A stretch of 64,000 bases of DNA from Acidobacteriota bacterium (GCA_963663035.1 OY760074.1:736001-800000); one strand, 5' to 3'. Shown: positions 31,070 to 40,099, numbered from the stretch's first letter. Made by a program: numbers and translations. Notes: generated from the letters alone by a model not told the origin.

Positions 31070-32413
31070 CTAGGCTAGAGAAAGAAGGTTGAGCTTCCTC
31101 GTGCTGTCCCCAAAATTCTCCATCCGAATTCCCAACTTGTCGAGCATGGTCAGGTACAAATTCGTCATCGGGGTACCCTCAGGAAAGCGAATATGACGGT
31201 CTTGTCCGATCTGGCCGACTCCCCCACCCAGCAAGAGGACAGGCAGGTTTTGGTTCAGATGTATGTTGCCGTCGCCGAAGGCACTGCCGTAAAGGATTAT
31301 AGTGTTGTCGAATAGGGAGCCGTCGCCGTCGGGAACAGAGCGCATTTTCTCCAGAAAGTAAGCAAACAATTGGGAGTGATATACGTTGATGCGGAACACC
31401 TTTTCGATCTTCTCCGGATTCAACCGGTGGTGCGACAACGGGTGGTGTGGGTCAGAGATACCGATTTCGCTGAAAGTCCGGGTACTCTGCTCTGCTCCCA
31501 TCATGAAGCTGATGACGCGAGTCATGTCGGTCTGGTAGGCCAGCACCTGCAAGTCAAACATTAGCTTGGCGTATTCTGCGAAGGTAGGCGGAATGCCAAC
31601 CGGACGAGCGACGTTTGGCAGATCCCTGGAGCTCTGCTGCTCGGCCATCTGGATGCGCCGCTCAACATCGCGAATGGCCTCCAGATACTGGGAGAGCCTG
31701 GCGCGGTCGCTGGGGCCAAGTCTCGACATAAGGCGCGAGGCGGCCTCGGTCACCGAGTCGAGAAGACTGAGCTCCTCACGGATCACGGCAAGCCGCTCTG
31801 CCGGGTCCGTGCTATTGCTATCACCGAATAAACGCTCGAACACCTGTCGCGGCTTGTTTTCAGTGGGTAGCGGTGTTGTGCCATTGCGCCAGGAGAGAGT
31901 GTTGAGGTAGGCACAGTTCCAGCCATTTTCGCACTGGCCTACCACGTCGGTGTCGTGCAGGCCCAGCTCAAGCGATGCTAGCTGGGTCTCCTTGCCAAGT
32001 TCCCTGGCAGCGATCTGATCGACGGAAACTCCCACGTGACCTTCTTTCTTCGGGTGAACCCCGGTCAGGAAGGTGGCGCCGGCCCGCTCATGCGGTGCGT
32101 TCTCGCCGTCGCCCGGCAGCGGATCAGCGGAATCCTGGTTGAGTCCGGTCAGCACCAGCATGCGATCTCGAAAGGAAGCCAGTGGCTCCAGAATAGGGGG
32201 CAACTCGAAAGCGGCACCTTCCGTCGCAGGCGTCCACCTGTCCATGATCATTCCATTGGGGGCATAGACAATAGAAAGGCGGGTCACCGGTTTGGCTACA
32301 GCGCTCGCGGCAGATAGAGCCGGGACCATGGAGTCCAACAGCGGCAAGGCCAGCGTGGCACCCACTCCATGCAAAAAAGTGCGGCGAGGGATATGCTTCT
32401 TGGTAATGATCAT
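31070..32413 (-). CDS. DUF1552 family protein, Tat-exported
   Basis: PRRTFLHGVGATLALPLLDSM, YAPNG, SVDQIAA, HHPLSHH, LYGSAFGDGNIH. Confidence 0.88.
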   Translation of the reverse strand: MIITKKHIPRRTFLHGVGATLALPLLDSMVPALSAASAVAKPVTRLSIVYAPNGMIMDRWTPATEGAAFELPPILEPLASFRDRMLVLTGLNQDSADPLPGDGENAPHERAGATFLTGVHPKKEGHVGVSVDQIAARELGKETQLASLELGLHDTDVVGQCENGWNCAYLNTLSWRNGTTPLPTENKPRQVFERLFGDSNSTDPAERLAVIREELSLLDSVTEAASRLMSRLGPSDRARLSQYLEAIRDVERRIQMAEQQSSRDLPNVARPVGIPPTFAEYAKLMFDLQVLAYQTDMTRVISFMMGAEQSTRTFSEIGISDPHHPLSHHRLNPEKIEKVFRINVYHSQLFAYFLEKMRSVPDGDGSLFDNTIILYGSAFGDGNIHLNQNLPVLLLGGGVGQIGQDRHIRFPEGTPMTNLYLTMLDKLGIRMENFGDSTRKLNLLSLA

Positions 32414-35196
32414 AACTCTTGTGCCCTCCTCATTTGAAATGGTGTGCTCTTAACGATACCCAGAATCAGCGATGACCAGCGGTAGTCACTAGCAGCGGCC
32501 TCTTGCAAGATCTTGCGAACAGCCGGAGCATCGTAATACTCAATTCCTCGAGCGAGGGCATAGGTGAGGAGTTTTTCAGTGACCGTATATATAAACTCCT
32601 CTTTTTTCCTCACCAATATCTTGCTCAGCTCAACCGGGCCCTCAAATTGCGTGCCGTCGGGGAGTACCCCGGACGAATCGATGGGAGTACTTCCCTCGGT
32701 CATTCGCCATCGACCGATGGCGTCAAAATTCTCCAGCGCGAAGCCCAGCGGATCCATTAGCCTGTGGCAACTGGCGCACACGGGATTGGAACGGTGCTGC
32801 TCCATCTGCTGGCGCATGGAAAGGATCTTGCCACCCTCGTCACGATCCCTCAGCTCCGGAATGTTCGGGGGGGGCGGAGGGGGCGGCGTGCCCAAGACGT
32901 TATCCAGCACCCACTTACCTCGAAGTACCGGGGAGGTCCGGTTGGGATACGAGGTCACCGTCAAAATGCTCCCTTGGCCTAGCAGGCCCCTTCGCCGCTC
33001 GTCGCTTAATGTGACGCGCCGAAAGTGACTGCCATAGATTTCCGGAATCCCATAGTGCCGGGCCAGGCGTTCGTTGACGAACGTGTAATCGGCTCTTAAC
33101 AAGTCCAGGACACTGCGATCCTCACGTAGGATGCTTCCGAAGAAAAGCTCCGTCTCCTGCTGGAACGCCCGCCGCAGATTTTCGTCCCAATAGGGAAAGG
33201 CCTCCAAATCCGGGATCATCGAGCGCAGATTGCGCAAGTGCAGCCACTGGGCGCCGAAGTTGTCCACCAGCGCCTGGGAGCGAGAATCGGAGAGCATGCG
33301 CCGTACCTGCTCCTCCAGGACCACGGAATCGCTAAGCTTGCCACCTTCGGCCAAATCCAAAAGCTCATCGTCGGGGATGCTGCTCCAGAGAAAGAACGAT
33401 AAGCGGGAGGCTAACTCCAGGTCGGTGATCTCATAGGCGGTATTTGGGGCCACGTTTTCCGGATCCTGCTCAATTCGAAACAAGAATTCGGGGCCGACCA
33501 GTATCCTCTGCAATGCCTTTCCGATTCCTACTTCAAACCCTCCTTCACTGCTGCCGGCCCGGTAGAAGCGCAGCAAAGTCCGGAGATCCTCGTCTGTAAG
33601 AGGTCGACGATAAGCGCGACGTGCGAGCGTGGAAAGAATCTTCTCAGCACACGGCCCTTCCTCCTGGCTGACCGCTGGGCGGCAAAGAAAAATCTTGCGG
33701 CGACTGGCTGTTTCTCCCAATCCCTTGGCATCGTAGGGTCCGCCAATAGAGACCTTGGCCACAGCGGGCTCACCCCCCTTGTACTGCAAGTAGTCATCCT
33801 GGGTCATCCGGGGCTGGAGCGGTTTTTCAGGCACCGAGTTTTCCTTCAGAAAAGCGACCTGGACCAGGTGCACACCCGCCGCCGCTGGGAAGCGAACTTC
33901 CAGGGCCTCGTCCGCCGTGCGTTCGTAGTTTTCCTGCGCCGGGTCCCCCGTGCCGCCGCTGGAGAAAATACTTGCAGACCTGCCATAGCGTTCGCCCCCG
34001 ATGGTAAGCAGCCGGAGTCTTCCCCCATCCAGACGAATGTCGAGTTGATGCGGCTCTTCTAGCAGACCGCGGATAAGTTCTCTGGAGTTCCTTTGCAGGC
34101 GGACCTGGATAATGTATTCAGCGTCAAGGGGGAAGTAATGGCGGACAGCGATGCCGCCTCGCGAATCGAAGGGAAGGTCCTCGCTAGCGCGGTCATCCTG
34201 CATGAGATACTTGGAAATGTTGTAAGTCTCAAAGGCCGGACCAGCGTCGGGATCTCCGATGGCTATACGTCGAATTTTCCGTGCGGCCGATAGATATCGT
34301 TCCAACAACACTGGTGATACAGTCAGGACGTCTCCAATATTGTCAAAGCCATGTCTGGAATCGTCGGCGGGAAGAAGCGATGCGCTGTCTATCTCCACCG
34401 CCAGCAAGTCGCGAATCGCATTGGCGTATTGGGTTCGGTTGAGACGCTGGACGGGCGACCGGCCGGAATTGGGATTGTCTGCTGCTACCCGATCCAGCTC
34501 TGTCTTCAGGTAGGTGGTGAAGGCATCGAGGCTAACCTGAGTCGGTCGCGGCATCTGGGGAGGAGGCATCTGCCCCGCTCGAAGCTTCCGTATCACCTTC
34601 TCCCAAACGGGAGCGTCTTCGCTGACATTCACGACGTTCGCCTGGTCCAGCATCAATCCTGCCGTACGTGCCGTTTCATTGTGGCAAGTGATGCAGTAGC
34701 GATTCAGAAACTCGCGGTGGGGGGAAGCGTGCGACGGAACCAGAGTCAGGGAATTGAGCCCAGCCTGCTGATTTTCCTCCGGTGGGACCATCCCACCGCC
34801 GGCACTCGCCACACTCTGGAGCTCCCTCTGCAGGTAGGCTAAAAAGGAGTCAACGCTGGCCTGATCAGGTCGTGGCATGTCGGCCGGGGGCATGGCACCA
34901 GCCTGTAGCTTCCCCACCACCTTCTGCCACATCTGAGGATTCTTGCTGACATCCTCGACTTCAGCCTGATCAAGGAGCAGCTCGGCCGTGCGCAAGGTTT
35001 CGTTGTGGCAGGTGACGCAATAGCGATTCAAAAGCTCGCGGTGGGGGGAGACCTGTGAGGAAAGTTGAGTCGAGGCCTGCAGAGCCACTGCCGGAAAGCA
35101 GGCGACACCCAACGCGATCAAGCCCAAGATCGTTCTGAACATCGTAGTTAACGAAGTCAAACTTTGCCATGGGTTAGGTTTGATCCACAACATCAC
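32410..35196 (-). CDS. DUF1592/1588/1587/1585/1595 protein with a duplicated N-terminal cytochrome-c-like domain (start probably 35142)
   Basis: CVTCH, CITCH, CASCH; RLNRTQYANAIRDLL, ELASRLSFFLWSSIPD, TSPVLRGKWV, GFALENFDAIGRWR. Confidence 0.9.
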   Translation of the reverse strand: MMLWIKPNPWQSLTSLTTMFRTILGLIALGVACFPAVALQASTQLSSQVSPHRELLNRYCVTCHNETLRTAELLLDQAEVEDVSKNPQMWQKVVGKLQAGAMPPADMPRPDQASVDSFLAYLQRELQSVASAGGGMVPPEENQQAGLNSLTLVPSHASPHREFLNRYCITCHNETARTAGLMLDQANVVNVSEDAPVWEKVIRKLRAGQMPPPQMPRPTQVSLDAFTTYLKTELDRVAADNPNSGRSPVQRLNRTQYANAIRDLLAVEIDSASLLPADDSRHGFDNIGDVLTVSPVLLERYLSAARKIRRIAIGDPDAGPAFETYNISKYLMQDDRASEDLPFDSRGGIAVRHYFPLDAEYIIQVRLQRNSRELIRGLLEEPHQLDIRLDGGRLRLLTIGGERYGRSASIFSSGGTGDPAQENYERTADEALEVRFPAAAGVHLVQVAFLKENSVPEKPLQPRMTQDDYLQYKGGEPAVAKVSIGGPYDAKGLGETASRRKIFLCRPAVSQEEGPCAEKILSTLARRAYRRPLTDEDLRTLLRFYRAGSSEGGFEVGIGKALQRILVGPEFLFRIEQDPENVAPNTAYEITDLELASRLSFFLWSSIPDDELLDLAEGGKLSDSVVLEEQVRRMLSDSRSQALVDNFGAQWLHLRNLRSMIPDLEAFPYWDENLRRAFQQETELFFGSILREDRSVLDLLRADYTFVNERLARHYGIPEIYGSHFRRVTLSDERRRGLLGQGSILTVTSYPNRTSPVLRGKWVLDNVLGTPPPPPPPNIPELRDRDEGGKILSMRQQMEQHRSNPVCASCHRLMDPLGFALENFDAIGRWRMTEGSTPIDSSGVLPDGTQFEGPVELSKILVRKKEEFIYTVTEKLLTYALARGIEYYDAPAVRKILQEAAASDYRWSSLILGIVKSTPFQMRRAQEL

Positions 35197-35339
35197 AGCT
35201 TCTCGAAAGTTGAGGTTCGACGCAATGTAGATAGTATTGACTGAGAGTAAGAGTGTAGTCTTACAAACACTTTGATCCTAGCACCTATTCGAAGACTAGG
35301 CAAGGTTTTCAGAGTGTTTTCTGATTCGTTTGAGTGCCA

Positions 35340-35355
35340 CGCAATTTGAGTGCCA
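35340..35355 (-). promoter_or_regulatory. Putative sigma-54 promoter of the DUF1592-DUF1552-ankyrin operon
   Basis: Minus strand TGGCAC-TCAAA-TTGCG. Confidence 0.55.
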
Positions 35356-35438
35356 TGCAAATAGTTCTCGTACAAGTTTTAAGGTAAGCAATGGTAAGAT
35401 GGCGTAAATTAAGATGAGGATTAAGGAGGATTAATCAC

Positions 35439-37196
35439 ATGCGAAGCAGTTCCATGCAGGTTCTTGTCACTATTGCAGTGCTTTCAATGCTGCATTTACC
35501 AGTTATGGCTCAGATGGACGGATTCCGACCCGTGACTGATGAGAGGCTTATTAATGCGAACAACGAGCCGGAAAACTGGCTTACTTTCCGGCGCACATTA
35601 AACCAATGGGGGTACAGCCCCCTTGACCAGATCAACCGCGATAATATCAACGACTTGCAGTTAGCTTGGTCTCGGGGAATGAATCCAGGACGAAACCAAC
35701 AGGAACCCCTTGTAGTCGACGGGATCATGTTTCTGCTCCATCCACAGAGCGAGGTAGAAGCGCTAGATGCGCGTTCGGGTGAGCCGATATGGAGTTTTGA
35801 CGATGAACCTGCTGCCGATGTGCGCAATCGGGGGCGATCGAGGAGTCTCGCAGTATATAGGAACACGGTCATCTTTGGGACGGGCGACACGCGAGTTATC
35901 GCTCTAGATGCGCGAACTGGTCGAAAGGTATGGGAGGTTGACACGTTGCCTTCGAATGCTTCGCCGGGGGGCAAAGACTTCTCAGCCGGACCGATTGCGG
36001 CGAACGGCAAAGTTTATATGGGAACCGCCTGTGGTTCTGGGCCTCGCCTCCCATGCTATGTTGTAGGTATCGACGTGGAAACAGGTAAAGTTCTGTGGCG
36101 GAGGGAGGCCGTCGCCGGCCCTAAGGATCCGCCTGAGCATCAAGCGAGTTGGGGTAATGTCGCTTACGAGGATCGTCATAAGGCATCATTTTGGGTCACG
36201 GGTAGCTACGATCCAAAGTTGAATTTAACGTACTGGGGATCCGCGAGTGCTTCGCCCTATCCTGAGATACTGAAAGGCACTGGCGATGGTGATCTTTCGT
36301 GGACAAACTCGACCCTGGCAATCAGGGCGGACACAGGTGAGTTGGCCTGGGCGTTTCAACATCTCCCGAGGGACAATTGGGATGCGGATCACATGGGTGA
36401 GAGGATCTATGTTGATGGATTACGGGTCCAACCCGATTCAAATGACCTGAAGTGGTACAATCCGGACCTGTTGGACGGACAACTCCGCAATGTGCTCTGG
36501 GCGATTGGAAAGCCGGGAGTTTTGTGGGCCCTTGATCGAGAGACGGGTGAGTTCTTGTGGGCCAAAGAAACTGTATACCAAGAGTACTACCAAGATATTG
36601 ATAGGCGAGGGCGCGTAACAATAAACGAAGCGAAGATCCCCAAAGAAGTTGGTGAGGAGATTCGCATCTGTCCTGGAATGCGTGGTGGCTCGCTCTGGCA
36701 AAATGCCTCCTATAGTCCACTCACCAATGCACTGTACCTCAGTGTGCATCAAACTTGTAACGTCCTTCGCATTGTTCCTACCGACAGTGGTCTCGACTGG
36801 ACGAAGCTGTTCCACATGCCTGAAAGCCAAGGTCAAGTTGGACGTCTGATTGCAGTTGACGCTTCTACCGGAAAGCTCCTGTGGTCCTATCTGCAGAGGG
36901 CACCTATGTGGTCTACGCTGACCACAGGTGGTGGGTTGGTTTTTGTAGGGGACAATTACCGGAACCTGATGGTGTTCGATCAACGAACAGGGGAGAAGGT
37001 TTGGGAGGTACCTCTGAGCGGTCCGGTTATGGGCAACCCAGTGAGCTTTGCCGTGGACGGTCGCCAATACATCGCTGTGGGAGTTGGAGGTGGAGGCATG
37101 GGCGGTCCTCATATGAATAGAGAGCTCACACCTGAACTGCATCCTCGCGTAGGAAGCAACGTCCTTATGGTATTCGTATTGCCCAAACGTCATTAA
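35439..37196 (+). CDS. PQQ-binding beta-propeller quinoprotein dehydrogenase family protein
   Basis: Signal peptide, YSPLDQINRDN, repeated A.DA.TG...W blades, RDNWDAD, GRQYIAVGVG. Confidence 0.88.
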   Translation: MRSSSMQVLVTIAVLSMLHLPVMAQMDGFRPVTDERLINANNEPENWLTFRRTLNQWGYSPLDQINRDNINDLQLAWSRGMNPGRNQQEPLVVDGIMFLLHPQSEVEALDARSGEPIWSFDDEPAADVRNRGRSRSLAVYRNTVIFGTGDTRVIALDARTGRKVWEVDTLPSNASPGGKDFSAGPIAANGKVYMGTACGSGPRLPCYVVGIDVETGKVLWRREAVAGPKDPPEHQASWGNVAYEDRHKASFWVTGSYDPKLNLTYWGSASASPYPEILKGTGDGDLSWTNSTLAIRADTGELAWAFQHLPRDNWDADHMGERIYVDGLRVQPDSNDLKWYNPDLLDGQLRNVLWAIGKPGVLWALDRETGEFLWAKETVYQEYYQDIDRRGRVTINEAKIPKEVGEEIRICPGMRGGSLWQNASYSPLTNALYLSVHQTCNVLRIVPTDSGLDWTKLFHMPESQGQVGRLIAVDASTGKLLWSYLQRAPMWSTLTTGGGLVFVGDNYRNLMVFDQRTGEKVWEVPLSGPVMGNPVSFAVDGRQYIAVGVGGGGMGGPHMNRELTPELHPRVGSNVLMVFVLPKRH

Positions 37197-37262
37197 GGAG
37201 ATTAACTCTAGTGTCTCGTCCCATGAATACCCCAGTTCCCCAAAGATTTCTCGCGTTACAAG

Positions 37263-38276
37263 TTGACTGACCCAATCATGATGCCCTTTATCCAGATCTC
37301 AGCAGATTCCAGAAAAGGAAAAGCGGTGGGGACTCCGACGTCAGGAACATGCCCCTTGCGGTTCAGCGGGCTGGTTACTGTTCTATGCATTTTTTTACTC
37401 TGGACAGGCTTTGCAGTTTCCTGGCCCGGCCAAGAGACAGGTGGAAGGAGTGCAGAACTGCTTCCGAACGGCGAAGCTGAAGAACTCACCCGGAGACTAT
37501 GCGGCAGTTGCCATTCTCTTGGAAATTTGACCGGTTTGAGACAGAGTTATCGCAGCTGGGAGAGTGTCGTAGGGAGGATGATCAATCTTGGAGCGCCAGT
37601 TCGAGGGGAGGAGTTTAGCCCCATCGTTCGATATCTAGCGGAGGTATTCGGGCCCGACTCTCCGCCACGGATTGACCTCAATCAGGCTGGAGCCGAGGAA
37701 CTTAAGAAGCTCGCGGGACTGGACGACTTGACCATCAGGAAGCTTCTTGATTTTCGGGACCAGAAGGGGGGCTTTGATAGAAGTGAGCAAGTCCGAGGCA
37801 TTATCGACTCGGACATGTTCGACCGATTGAAAGGCTACCTCTGGGCCGGAAAAGAGACAGCTGTAAGGAGTGTGGAACTGCTCCCCGATGGCGAGGGTGC
37901 AGAGCTCACAAGGGGAGCATGCAGCAGTTGCCATTCCCTTTTAACCTTTACCGGTTTGAGGCAGGATCCTCGTGGTTGGGAGGATATTGTCCGTATGATG
38001 ATGATCGATCATGGCGCGCCGATCCAAAGCCAGCAGTCTCGCGTCATCATTCGATATCTCACTGATGTTTTCGGGCCGGACTCTCCTCCGCTGACCGACA
38101 TCAAATGGGCTCGAGCCGAGGATCTGAAAAAGCTCCCGGGGCTGGATGACTTGACCGCCAGAAGGCTGCTTGATTTTCGGGACCAGAAAGGCGGCTTTAA
38201 CAGCGTCGACCAAATTCGAGAGGTCATCGGCTCGGACAGGTTCGACAAACTGAAGGGGTACCTCATAGTCAGATGA
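37263..38276 (+). CDS. Tandem (cytochrome c + helix-hairpin-helix) x2 protein
   Basis: Two units of about 140 aa, each with CxxCH followed by a ComEA/HhH-like segment (DLNQAGAEELKKLAGL...RDQKGGF). Confidence 0.75.
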   Translation: MTDPIMMPFIQISADSRKGKAVGTPTSGTCPLRFSGLVTVLCIFLLWTGFAVSWPGQETGGRSAELLPNGEAEELTRRLCGSCHSLGNLTGLRQSYRSWESVVGRMINLGAPVRGEEFSPIVRYLAEVFGPDSPPRIDLNQAGAEELKKLAGLDDLTIRKLLDFRDQKGGFDRSEQVRGIIDSDMFDRLKGYLWAGKETAVRSVELLPDGEGAELTRGACSSCHSLLTFTGLRQDPRGWEDIVRMMMIDHGAPIQSQQSRVIIRYLTDVFGPDSPPLTDIKWARAEDLKKLPGLDDLTARRLLDFRDQKGGFNSVDQIREVIGSDRFDKLKGYLIVR

Positions 38277-38287
38277 TTTGCGTTTAC

Positions 38288-38370
38288 GGTACCGTCAAGT
38301 TAAGTCGCTGTCAGCGACCATGGGAGGATGGAATCACAATATCGAGGCCACCGTTTCCCTCCAAAAATCT
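38288..38370 (+). pseudogene. IS6-family left-end remnant
   Basis: GGTACCGTCAAGTTAAG terminus-like sequence followed by RBS and MESQYRGHRFPPKI. Confidence 0.65.
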
Positions 38371-38396
38371 GGGTATGATGCTTACTGTGAAGGCAG

Positions 38397-38498
38397 TTAG
38401 GCCCTTTGTGGAACCCTAGTCTTACGATAAACTTCGCCCATGCCCCCCTGGCCGATTTTCTCAAGAACCTTGTAATGGGAAATGGTTTTGCCGATCAC
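38397..38498 (-). pseudogene. N-terminal remnant of a Hanks-type Ser/Thr kinase
   Basis: VIGKTISHYKVLEKIGQGGMGEVYR then loss of similarity; G-rich RBS upstream. Confidence 0.8.
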
Positions 38499-38748
38499 GA
38501 AACTCCCCCCACTGCAGTGCAGTTGTGCCTAAAGTTACGACGTGGAATGGGTTAAAGACAATGGGAAACAGGTCAGTGGTTTTCGGCTGGAAGCATATGG
38601 AGTAACTGTTTAGAGCTAGGGCGAAGAAAAGTCGGGCAAAATCTGGGTGCGGATAGGGTGCGGGGAGTGCATTTTTTTGCGCTATTTTGCGCCTCCTTGC
38701 GCAGTGTAAGTCCTATAAAATAAATGATTTCAACACTTAACAAATAAG

Positions 38749-38795
38749 TTTGGAGCAGGAAGTCGGGGGTTCAAATCCCTCTGCCCCGACCAATT
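38749..38795 (+). repeat. attR: duplicated 3' half of tRNA-Pro
   Basis: TTTGGAGCAGGAAGTCGGGGGTTCAAATCCCTCTGCCCCGACCAATT, one G shorter in the anticodon loop than the tRNA. Confidence 0.93.
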
Positions 38796-38801
38796 CAAAT
38801 C

Positions 38802-40099
38802 GGTGCATTCCGGACACATAGGTTACAGTTTATTCCGAAGACATAGGTAACACCTTTGCACCAAAAGGGTTATTTATAGGTTCAAACCTTCTACTGTCTT
38901 CGTCAAAGTAACCGAGGTCGTATTCCATAAACGACACCAGCCAAATTTTCTCTTTGACCTCTTTGATTCCAACATCTTGACCAGCAAACACCGTGCTGAA
39001 GTTGATCTTTTGACTTTTCATACAGATTCTGCCGCAGCTGGTGACGGTCACGGTGCGATCGTGCATGGGGTACTCGACGCGCCCGATTCCTCGGTAGGGA
39101 CAAGATGCGGGAGTATAGACCTCGGACGGAAACTTCATGCCCAGGGCCTCATGAGGTCTCTCAGTATTGTATTCCGCCTGAAAGGCATTAAACCTCTCTT
39201 GCTGCTGAAGAAGGTTGTGGGCAGCGGGAACGACTGTGGCCTTCTTGAGGGTGAGATGAAGGCGCTCATGCCTTCCGTTCTGCTCGGGATGGCCGGGCTT
39301 GATCCTCTCGATTCGGATTCCTAGCCTAAGCCACCAGACGGCCAGTCGACTGAGTCCAAACAATCCGTTGGGTGATGCAAAAGGGACTCCGTTGTCCGTG
39401 CGGATCGCTTCCGGCAAACCTAACTCTTGAAAGGTTCTCTCGAATACGGGGAAAGCACCTCTTTCCTTAACACTGTCGAGAGCCTCGATGGCGAGCAGAT
39501 AACGGCTGGCGTGATCGCTCACGGTGAGAGGATAACAGTACCGTTTGTCTCCCAGCATGAACTCTCCTTTGAAGTCGGCAGACCAAAGGTCATTGGGATT
39601 CTGGCTGCTGGACAATCGAGTCCCCTCTGCCTTGAACCGTCGCCGTTTTCTACAGTTCACCAGGCCGTTGCGATCCAGAACCGCGTGAACTGTGCTCACC
39701 GCAGGCGGCCGTACATTCGGAAACCTACGAATCAGGAGCGCCCGAATCTTGGGAGCTCCCCAATACGGCTTCTCTCGCTTTAGCCTGACCAGGGTCCGTT
39801 CCACCTGTTCGGGCAGTTGGTTTCCGTAACGATGCGGCTTGCGGCTCCGATCCACCAGGGCGTAAGCGCCGGTGTTTTGATAGCGGTTCCAAATCTTGTA
39901 GCCCGTCTTTCTGGATATCCCAAACTCCTCACACAGACGGCTCATGGACTCCCCATCCAACAGCTTCGCTATAAATCTCATTCTCTCGTCCATCACACAG
40001 ATCTCCTTCCATGGCATCTCTGGGCACCTCCCAGAAGAAGCCTATAAGTGTTACCCATGTGTCCGGTATAATTTGTTACCCATCTTTCGGAATGGGCAC
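38802..40099 (-). mobile_element. IS481-like insertion sequence, copy 2
   Basis: Matches copy 1 at an offset of 11411 bp; TC on both flanks. Confidence 0.93.
38830..40017 (-). CDS. IS481-family transposase, copy 2
   Basis: Translation identical to 27419-28606. Confidence 0.93.
   Translation of the reverse strand: MPWKEICVMDERMRFIAKLLDGESMSRLCEEFGISRKTGYKIWNRYQNTGAYALVDRSRKPHRYGNQLPEQVERTLVRLKREKPYWGAPKIRALLIRRFPNVRPPAVSTVHAVLDRNGLVNCRKRRRFKAEGTRLSSSQNPNDLWSADFKGEFMLGDKRYCYPLTVSDHASRYLLAIEALDSVKERGAFPVFERTFQELGLPEAIRTDNGVPFASPNGLFGLSRLAVWWLRLGIRIERIKPGHPEQNGRHERLHLTLKKATVVPAAHNLLQQQERFNAFQAEYNTERPHEALGMKFPSEVYTPASCPYRGIGRVEYPMHDRTVTVTSCGRICMKSQKINFSTVFAGQDVGIKEVKEKIWLVSFMEYDLGYFDEDSRRFEPINNPFGAKVLPMSSE

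Larger units (their letters stand above)
27341..38795. mobile_element. Genomic island integrated at tRNA-Pro (no integrase gene inside)
   Basis: 44-bp exact direct repeat of the tRNA 3' half at 27341-27384 and 38752-38795; IHF consensus and repeated GGGTGCGG boxes near both ends. Confidence 0.88.

Noticed and set aside
38749-38795. Second tRNA-Pro gene
   Set aside because: Only the 3' half is present and the anticodon loop lacks one G; it is attR.
27391-40099. Composite transposon formed by the two IS481-like copies as the origin of the island
   Set aside because: Each copy has its own 2-bp duplication, the outer flanks differ, and the island is explained by the tRNA att repeat.
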